From contig NC_042998.1 in NCBI RefSeq assembly GCF_006345805.1, forward strand, positions 143,468,001 through 143,532,000: 64,000 nucleotides of DNA. The letters run 5' to 3'. A program made the position numbers and the translations under genes. The notes under the pieces were generated by a model. That model made no database searches and was not told the origin of the DNA. It saw nothing but the letters and a program-made list of their open reading frames with translations. Shown here piece after piece: positions 54,255-64,000 of this stretch (its first letter is position 1; every line of letters begins with the position of its first letter). This DNA is from Octopus sinensis (lineage: Eukaryota).

Positions 54255-55581
54255 GGAGAGAAGGGGATGAGACAGTGAGTAACAGAGCAAGAAAGACATA
54301 GAGAAAGAGACAGAATAGGAAGAGAATGAGAGCGAGTGAATACGAAGGTATTACACTAAGTACATAGAATCAAATAGGTAAATGTGCGTTTGTTTGTTTT
54401 ATGGCGTATATATATTTGAGCGTTTCTGGTTTGTGTATATATATATAAGTATGAATATGTATGTGTGTTCAAGAAATGGTGAGGGCATGATGATATATTG
54501 TACTACACTCAGCAATCGCTTTAGATTTTCTATGAGAGTCTCTGTCCATTAAGAAGCAAGATGGATGCTCTTTCATCAGAAAATAGCAGTGATTATCAAT
54601 AATCACCATTAGAAAAATGAATAACACTCAATACCTCGCTCCTACCTCACCCTATCACCGCCTTTATTCCCCCCCACTCTCCCTCCTGTCTTCTCTCACT
54701 CTTTCTCTTTCTTTATCTATGGCTATATGTAACGATGGGACTCGTTAGAATATGTGATATGAATTAGATATAGCAGTGTATATATTTACAGAAGGGCAGA
54801 ACTGTTTGTGTATGTGTGCGTATCCGTGTGTGTACGTGTATATGTGAGCGCATATATGTGTGTATGTATAGATATAAAAATGTAAGGGTGGTGCGTTTGA
54901 TTATGTATGCATGTCTGAATAGGCCTATTTCTATGTATGTATATGTATATATGATGAAGTTTATGTATTGAAGACATACATATGAATGCATATGCTATGT
55001 CTATGTGTTTGTATGCATATGTGTGTGTGTGTACAGGTATATGTGTGTATGTGTGCGTGTATGTGTATAGATATAGATATACACATACATATATGATACA
55101 TCTTGTTTTACTTTCTATATATGTGCACTTTCTATTTGCTGATATTTCTACAGCAGTGACTCAATGACCTAGAGTTTCTTGCCAATATGTCTCTCTCTCT
55201 GTATATTATATATATAATATATATATATATAATATATATATATAATATATATATATATATAATATATAATATATAATATATAATATATTATATATATATA
55301 CGTATATATATTATATATATATATGCATACATACATATATGAGTATGTGAGATTGTGTGTATGTATCATGAAAGTGTAAGTCCCACAAATCTTGTATAGT
55401 CAGACTCATTGTATTTCATAAAATGTTTTGACACACAAACCAAGCACTTTGAGTCCTTTATTCTAAGAGGCCTAACCATGTTTTACTTGAACAGATAACT
55501 CCAGAATCTCTCTCTCACTTTTTCTCTCTCCCTCACTCACTCTCTCTATCTCTCTATCTATCTATCTATCTATCTATATCT

Positions 55582-55680
<99 letters not shown>

Positions 55681-55908
55681 GGCTAGCTAACTAGCTATTC
55701 ATATACCTACCTACTTACATATCTATCTACTCATTTACCAGTGTTACCTCTGCATTTCTCTCTCCCTTTACATATATAAATATGTACATACATACATACA
55801 TACATACATATAATAAACACACACACAAACACACATATTATGGACATCTATGTGTGTGTAAGAGAGAGAATACATACATATATAGCTAGCTAGATCGATC
55901 AATTGGTC

Positions 55909-55998
<90 letters not shown>

Positions 55999-56455
55999 CA
56001 GACAGATACATACATATATACATACGTACATACATACATAAATTGTTGGATAGATGGATGGGTGGATGGATAATTAGATATATACATATGTATGTATGCA
56101 TAATAAACACGTACATATCGATCCGTCTTGCAAATTGTCCAATACAGCTATGCTATTATTACATGTATATTATAGACAAATAATATTATATAGAAATAAT
56201 ATCTAGAAGTATCCATAATTTTATTAAGGGTTGTGTAAAGGGATAAGGATTATCAGTTCATCGATCAATATAAATAAGCACACACATGCTCAGGCACTCA
56301 TACACAAACACAGACACACATATACACACTCATATAAACATATGTATGATACATGGGGCTAAAAACAACAGTAGCTATAAACAATGTCCCCTATGGGACC
56401 GCCACATTTAGGTGTCATATATATATATACATACATATATATAATATATATATAT

Positions 56456-56503
<48 letters not shown>

Positions 56504-56604
56504 CTATATATATATATATATGGATAAAAACGGTAAAATAACAAAAGAACGGGACCTCGATATTATGTAAAAGAGGAATTTATTTGAGTCCTTTTTTCTA
56601 GCTG

Positions 56605-56662
56605 GATAACTGAAGAGATGGCGTGGATTTCCACCTCGGCATCCGAAACTCGGAGTTTTATT
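56605..56662 (+). ncRNA. Type I hammerhead ribozyme, intact core (family D)
   Basis: GATAA-CTGAAGA-GATG-gc-GTGGA-tt-TCCAC-ctcgg-CATC-C-GAAA-CTC-G-GAG-T-T-TTATT. Stem I GATAA/TTATT, stem III ACTC/GAGT. Confidence 0.75.
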
Positions 56663-56766
56663 ATGGATACCGAATAATTGTCACATATTACATTTGCAAG
56701 TCCAAAGTGTATGAAGTTGAGAAAAGATCACACTGGGGTAACCACGTGAGCGTATTATATATAGAT

Positions 56767-57080
56767 GAAATTTGTAGAAAAACAAAAGACGAGGACAGCT
56801 GTATGAACAACAAACAAGTGTATTAGTTTGACACCCAGGAAAAATAAACAGATTGAAAAAACTTGTAGATTCCAGCGGTTCAGCATTTCGCCATGCTGAA
56901 TCGCTGAAATCTACAAGGTTTTTTTTTCACACTCTTTCTATCTCTCTCTGTTTATTTTCATTTATTCCTTTCTGTTGAAGAGCGTAGGCTCGAAACGTAA
57001 AAGAATTTTTCTTTTTCCCGAGCGTCAAACTAATACAATTGTTTGTCTTCGTCTTTTGTTTTTCTGTAAGTTTCGACTAT
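56767..57080. mobile_element. Inverted pair of family A pseudo-LTR-like repeats around a GC-containing hairpin
   Basis: 56767-56848 is the reverse complement of about 57008-57078; central hairpin at 56856-56924. Confidence 0.7.
56968..57003 (+). ncRNA. Minimal type I hammerhead motif with a CUGUUGA variant core (family A)
   Basis: CTTT-CTGTTGA-A-GAGC-gtag-GCTC-GAAA-CGT-A-AAAG. Stems I and II perfect; position 6 is U. Confidence 0.7.
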
Positions 57081-57350
57081 ATATATATGTGGGGGGGGGG
57101 GGCGTTTCTTACTTGCCGTATATCTAAGTTTCGATCTTGATAATGTATAATTATTAATAGAACAATATCACTTCGAGCTATCGAAGTATAACAAATTAAG
57201 CATGGCTGTAACAATGAATAAAGATATTAACTCGAACGAAAGGCGAAAAAAATAAACAGGTATATTTAATATACCCACTGTAGTCCCTTCCTCAGCTGCC
57301 AATCGAATATCGGGGTTTTGACACATACAAACACACACACACACACACAC

Positions 57351-58075
57351 ACGCGTGTGTGTATTTGTGCATGTGTGTATGTGTATTTAAGTGTTTATGC
57401 ATATACATATTGTTTATATGCGTGTGTCTGAGTGTGTGTGCGTGCTTGTGTGCGCACACTTTTTTTCCATCTGTGTCTGCCTGTCTGTCTGTCTGCATGC
57501 ATGCATGTATGTATCTATGTATTATGTATGTATGTGTGTGCGTCTGTGTGCGTGTGTATATGCATGTATGCATGTATGTACATTTTGTAAGATGAAAAAG
57601 AACATTTCTTATAACTAAGTGGAATGTAAAAATTGTCCAAGTCGAAAATTCAATGTTAGATACTTCCTTTTTGGAGTATTTCAATCAGCACTAATTTTAC
57701 ACACGCACACACACCACACACACACACACACACGCGTGTGTGTATTTGTGCATGTATGTATGTGTATTTAAGTGTTTATGCATATACATATGTTTATATG
57801 CGTGTGTCTGAGTGTGTGTGCGTGCTTGTGTGCGCACACTTTTTTTCCATCTGTGTCTGCATGCATGCATGTATGTATCTATGTATTATGTATGTATGTG
57901 TGTGCGTCTGTGTGCGTGTGTATATGCATGTATGCATGTATGTACATTTTGTAAGATGAAAAAGAACATTTCTTATAACTAAGTGGAATGTAAAAATTGT
58001 CCAAGTCGAAAATTTCAATGTTAGATACTTCCTTTTTGGAGTATTTCAATCAGCACTAATTTTACACACGCACAC
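57351..58075 (+). repeat. Near-identical tandem duplication of about 380 bp
   Basis: Units start at 57351 and 57732, both bounded by (CA)n. Confidence 0.9.
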
Positions 58076-58536
58076 ACACACACACACACACACAACACAC
58101 AGACACAGACACACACACACCCACTCACACACATACACACTCAGAGCTATACAAATATACATACTCTACCAACACACACATACATCACTACATAAACGCA
58201 TATTCACATGCAAATATACATACATCACTTCACAGTCACATACACATGCATCATCATACAGGCATATCGCACCGTTCACAAACACGCAAACACGTACATG
58301 TTTACTCACACATATATTATCACACAAACACATACACACACACCCATACATACATGCACACACACAAATAGACATACTTCACCACACACACATCGCACCA
58401 TACAGTAAAGCACAAACACACATATATACTCACTATGGACATCAAATTATCGATGTTGAAGTCCTTGTTTGCTTGGAGAGAGAGAGAGAGAGAGAGAGAG
58501 AAATGAATAAATAAATAAATAAATAAATAAATAAAT

Positions 58537-58593
<57 letters not shown>

Positions 58594-59502
58594 AGGAAAG
58601 AAAGAGAGAAAGTGAGAGAGAGATTGACAGACATACAAGCAAGATGACACAGATAGACACAGAGAGAAACAGACAGAAAGAGACAGATGCGATGAACGTA
58701 GTGACTTTACAGAGACACAGAACAAAGTTTTGTGTCCACCACACGAAGTATGTTAAACGAATCGAATACACACTAACTATGGAGCACATTAAAAGCCTCA
58801 TAAAACAGAACACAAAATACGTTACACCAAACTGTAAATTAACGCTAATAATATACCACAAAAACACTAAAATTTAAAACATCGCCATCACAAACCTTCA
58901 CACTGCAAACATGTAAACCCATGAACCAGCTACTAATATCTAATGTGATTATAGTAAATATTATTGTAAGCGTAAAAGTTGTTATATAGTCATAGAAGCG
59001 TAAAAGTTGTTATATGATGTTAGAAGTACGGCGCTTTCTCAACCGATTTACAATGCACTCACAATAAGAATAGACTACAATTTAGTGGAATATACCATCC
59101 ATCCAGCAATACATCCACCCGTTCATTTTCTCTGTCCACTGCTCCTTGGAGAGTTGGGTGGTACAATCCTCAGGCACCTCTTATAGAGGGTTCTATCAAA
59201 AGCAACCGCCATTAGCCTTTCCAGTTTTATTCTCAAGCGTGACCGACTGAAACTATGGATATTATCCCACCATCTCCTTCTTTATCTATCCCTAGGTAGA
59301 ATTTTGCCAGTTAGGGAACATAGTTACTTAAATTTAATTCACTGCTGAGAATTATTTTCTGCAGAATTATTTCCGGTATTTTGGCGCGCCAAAAGGAAGA
59401 CTTTTGAAATATAACCCCAAATGTAATTGGCAGAACTATATACATGTTCGATCTCATGCGGACGTCTCGTGTATAGTTCTGCAAATTATAGTTTGCTATG
59501 AC

Positions 59503-59576
59503 GATCACACTGACGAGTTGCGGACATCAACGTGAGTAATTACGTAAGTGGTAACAACGAAACCGGATTTGTGATT
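59503..59576 (+). ncRNA. Type I hammerhead ribozyme, intact core (family E)
   Basis: GATCACA-CTGACGA-GTTG...CAAC-GAAA-CCGGA-T-T-TGTGATT. 6-7 bp stem I, stem II GTTG/CAAC. Confidence 0.8.
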
Positions 59577-59946
59577 AATCTGTATATTTTGTATCTTTTC
59601 ATTTGTCTTGCTCGTTTACGTTCTGGCGTTTGCTAAATTTTCTTGAGAATATTCCTTTCTTAGTGGTAAGACCATAGGGGATTGACTTCTAGCATAATGG
59701 ATGTCCACTTAGTGTCCATCCCTCTTATATGTATGTAATATAATTTTTCTTAATCTTCAGATTTTACTATATGCTACACCACTGGTTTTAAATTGATATT
59801 AATCAAATTAATATTCAATTTTTCACCTTTATTTTAAATTTAAACATATATATATATTTTATTTATTACACTATTGTATGACTGAGCGCCCTCGCGTCGA
59901 TTCGATTCGTTTTCGTTTCGTTTCATCTCCTCCAAGTAAGTTTTGT

Positions 59947-60026
<80 letters not shown>

Positions 60027-60029
<3 letters not shown>

Positions 60030-61205
60030 AAGAGAAGAAATGGAGCGACATGTAACAATTAGAAGTTGATCATTAGTATTGAAGGATCATAGTTTAATTA
60101 TGGTTAAGATAACAATTACAGCTGTTTCAGTTTGTTATTTTGGAGGTAAACTTGCGTTTATCTCTTTCCATCCTACAAACATCAATAGAATGATTTGAAT
60201 TTTACCAGGTGGATATTGACAGGAGATCGAATGTTAACAGAAGAGAAAAGGAAAAGAAAGAGGAAAAAAGAAAAAAAGGAAAAGGTTCGTTAGGGCTTTA
60301 GGCTTACATTTTTGCGACCTTAAAAGATGGCCCGTGTGTATATAGTTGCTTCAGGTAGATGAACGAGCAGTGAGTGTGGAAAATGACCAGTTGACCGGTA
60401 GTGTTAGTCGAAAAAGTTATATCTGGTAGTAATATCCTGTATCATTAATCGTAACAAATAACGCTATTTGAGAACGCTAGATAAGTCCCTATGTTTACAA
60501 ATATTGCCCTCGTTAAGAACAATCTATTCTCTTTAATATATTCACATTAAAATTAAATCACTGACTAACATACTAAATGCTAGTGCTGCCATTAACATAT
60601 ATACGATTAAACGAGCGATTTACCCTATTCGAGACGAATTGACTTGTTTTAATTATATTAACAAATAGTAAACCCTGGTCACACATAACAACACTTTATT
60701 TATTATACCTATTTGCGTCAACCAGATGTATACCGAGCCTCCTTAATTTTTAACTAGGGCATTATTTGTAAACATAGGGACTAATCTAACGGACTCAAAT
60801 AACGTTATTTGTTACGATGAATGATACCAGGTATAAATCTTTCGACTAACACTGCTAGCCAACTGGTCATTTCCCCCACTCACTGCTCCATTCATCTACT
60901 TGAAGCAACTATACACACACGGGCCATCTTTTAAGATCTCAAAATATAAGCCCAATGACCTAACGAACCTTATACTTTTTCTTTTCCTTTTCTTTTTTCC
61001 TCTTTTTCTTCTGTCAATATTCCTCTGGTAAAGTTCAAATTATACTGGTGATGTTTGTTAGATGGAATGAGATAAACGCAACTTTACCTCAAAAATACAA
61101 ACTGAAGCAGCTGTAATTGTTATCTTAACCAGAATTAAACTATGACCATTCAGTACTAATGATCAACTTCTAATTGTTACATTTTACTCCATTTCTCCAC
61201 TTATC
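60027..61205. mobile_element. Foldback/MITE-like element of about 1.2 kb with 460-490 bp inverted arms
   Basis: 60027-60517 aligns in reverse complement with 60749-61205; AT-rich spacer of about 230 bp; no ORF. Confidence 0.8.
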
Positions 61206-61355
61206 TTATCTGAATATATTAAACCAGTTTGTCATTTAAATTACCAACTACTGTTAGCTTTACAGCAAGGCCTATACATAGTCACGTAATGCACCCACCA
61301 GTAGTGCCTACGGATACATTTATCCCTTAGACGGTTGCATAACCTCTAACTCTTA

Positions 61356-61442
<87 letters not shown>

Positions 61443-61959
61443 AACGAACGAAAATGCTACTTTCTTAAAATTAGGTACATTCTAATTTCCTTTTTACATG
61501 TTTCGGTTTTTGAGAAACCTTATCTAAAATATGTACTAAAATGGAATATGTAAAGAGAAAAAAACTATTTAAAAAAATTAATTAAAATTAAAATTACGAT
61601 TAATATTTGTACTTTACTTTTCTCTTTCCTGTAAGAGCACTTGATAATATACTTTGGTTCTGGTAGCATGATAAGCTCAACTGACTGTGACCGCAAATTA
61701 CTACTATCTGTATTTGTAAAGTGAATAGTGTGGTCAAGACTTGTTTTCTTAGGAGTGGCAGTAGCCGTTGAATAACTAGCAGCAGTAGTAATAATAGTCG
61801 TCATCGTGAAGTTGTTCCCCTGGTGTTTTAATAGAAATCGGGTTCTTCGACCCCTTGTCTTTATTTCTTATACACACACACTCACCCTTATAAACATATA
61901 CATATATATATATACATACACACACTCATATATATACATATACATACATACATTATTGT

Positions 61960-62405
61960 GGCTGCCCCCTCGTTATCGAGTATGGCCATTGCACGAAGCT
62001 TAAATGTTACTGGTGCTGTGATCGAATGTGACTTTTTAGCCCAACAAAAGATCTACAATGTCTTGTACAGAATTGGCAACTAATACCTTTACCGGTAATA
62101 GCCGGCTGTAGTTGTAACTGGGCTTCATTTACCTTTGCATGTCGTTTAAGTCCTCCTGCCGAATTACACTTTCTTCCACATGCCCGACTGATATGATTAG
62201 TATGGTGTGTTACACCACCATCAGTGGCCACGTTGTCACTCATCTGTCTCGCTTTATGACTACGAAGATGACTCTTGAGTCCAGCTTTACTGAGGCAGGG
62301 TCTTGCACAGACATTGCATGTCAGCATCAAAGGAAGACCCTTCCCATCTGGAAGTGTAACAGCGATGCCCTTTCTGACATCCCTCCTTACTTTCTCATGT
62401 GCAAA
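61960..62405 (-). mobile_element. 5'-truncated RTE 3' end encoding three C2H2-type fingers
   Basis: CNVCARPCLSKAGLKSHLRSH; ACGRKCNSAGGLKRHAK; CQFCTRHCRSFVGLKSHIRSQH; same layout as 36830-37125. Confidence 0.8.
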
Positions 62406-62407
62406 TC

Positions 62408-62785
62408 GAGATTTCTCAAAGGGCGGAGGAACTCTTGAGAGTCAACGGCCATCCAATAAATGTCTTAAGGCTGTATCATGCGCGGGGACATAGACATAAT
62501 CGGACTGAATACCCGATCGCGCGGTTAAACCATTGGGAGTGAATGACTCCTAGCCTTTGTTAGGGCATCCTGCTAAGAGAAGGTAACTCAGGTAACTGGG
62601 ATGACTCCGACATGAAACCTGCGGCTCAGTGGTTACCGATGATGCTGACTTGTTCTTCTTTTCGGATTATGGCTGCTGTTGCTTAGTGAGTGGGATTGAC
62701 TCAGTGCACAGCCTTTCCTCACTTTAAAAAAAAATCTTCTTGCACGGGCATTGCACGATAACAACATTGATTGATTGATTAAATT
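62408..62785 (+). mobile_element. Unclassified interspersed repeat ending in (ATTG)n
   Basis: The first 45 nt match the reverse complement of 33068-33106; ATTG tail at about 62765-62785. Confidence 0.45.
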
Positions 62786-62829
62786 GATTAACTAATTCAC
62801 ATACATACATGCATACATACATATCATAT

Positions 62830-62860
<31 letters not shown>

Positions 62861-63104
62861 ATATATATATATATGGTGAATGCATTAATCTGTTAAGTGG
62901 TAGGGTTGACTTAACCACCCTTCTTCAAATCTGAGAACACCAGTACTTTATTTGCAAATGAAACAAATCGACTGGATGTAATTCAACAGAAATTCTCCCT
63001 GTCTTTGATAATAATACCTTATTCGAAAATGAATCATGCTTTCAATATATATTTTGCTTTAAATATCTTTTTCTTCGTAGTTTGATATAGGCAAAAATCA
63101 TATC

Positions 63105-63165
<61 letters not shown>

Positions 63166-63182
63166 GTAATAATAATAATAAA

Positions 63183-63727
63183 TGCCCTGATGCAGTACCA
63201 GGCAGTGGCTCTCATGGCTTCTGATCTTAACTGTTTGGAAGTGTTATCATGTACATTGTTTTGTCTTGGTATAAAAGATGGGCTACAGCAAATATTCTGT
63301 TCAATACCACAGATTTGCTCGTCAGTTGTTTGACCTTAACCAGTTGAGCATGGCTGACGATATGTGCATCTCTGATCACGAGCAGAAGTAGTGGGGGAGC
63401 ATCATAGCCATGTGTTGAGAGGGATTTTTGGGGGTTTGAATAATTCACCTCTGCAAGCATGGGTGTTTCGTTCAACATCCTTAGACAACCCTTATTCAAG
63501 GACATTTTGAGTGGGATGGGTTACTCGACCAGAAGAAAATTCTAACTGGGCCCCACCTGCAAGGTTATGTGCTGTTTATCTTGATATGAGATCACCATGT
63601 CGCGCACATATGGTTGTGATGCATGTGCCTAGTGTACCCTTATCAGACAGGTAGTCATGATGGGTATACTGGGCTTCGTATATTTTACCCCAGTGTCACT
63701 TTGATGGCATGCACTGCTCTCTCACTC
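63183..63727 (+). mobile_element. Non-coding element of about 545 bp, flanked on both sides by (AAT)n
   Basis: (AAT)n at about 63107-63182 and 63728-63771; homologous to 24353-24787. Confidence 0.8.
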
Positions 63728-63771
<44 letters not shown>

Positions 63772-63772
63772 G

Positions 63773-63835
63773 ATTGTCTTAACTGGTACATCAATTGTCT
63801 TAACTGGTACATCAATTGTCTTAACTGGTACATCA
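63773..63835 (+). repeat. 21-bp minisatellite, 3 perfect copies
   Basis: ATTGTCTTAACTGGTACATCA repeated three times. Confidence 0.95.
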
Positions 63836-64000
63836 CACGTATTGAGAAGAGCATTGTCGAAGTGAGAACTGTTGCTGCTCATGTATTTTAATTTAACTTA
63901 AAAAATAATAAAAAAATGAACGAACTATTGAGTTTGGTTTAATGGCCTACCAATGTATACTATGAGTTTCTTTGCCCTAGGAGTCGGGAAGACACTCGGC

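Noticed and set aside
57230-57305. CTGAGGA-AGGG on the minus strand
   Set aside because: No matching stem II plus GAAA found downstream.
62007-62330. Possible host C2H2 zinc-finger gene
   Set aside because: It matches the C-terminus of the RTE LINE at 36.8-37.1 kb in layout and is preceded by RTE-like coding sequence.

Overview
Eukaryotic, AT-rich, extremely microsatellite-rich non-coding DNA. The SINE/LINE repertoire resembles an octopus (coleoid cephalopod) genome; this is inference, with no database check. No host protein-coding gene, rRNA, tRNA gene or CRISPR array is supported, and most of the supplied ORFs are translated simple repeats or their antisense. Recognisable content: tRNA-derived SINEs, a near full-length but disabled RTE-clade LINE split by an internal inversion and ending in three C2H2 fingers, several R4/Dong-like LINE fragments next to (TAA)n tracts, mariner remnants, and several foldback elements. 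The main hidden signal is a dense set of type I hammerhead ribozyme (HHR) motifs: 13 motifs from about 7 sequence families. These include a ~320-340 bp monomer in tandem and inverted arrays with one HHR per monomer, a palindromic stem III and compensatory base changes in stem II. This is the architecture of Penelope-like pseudo-LTRs and metazoan retrozymes, which produce self-cleaving circular RNAs. All folds were read by eye and need covariance-model and biochemical confirmation.
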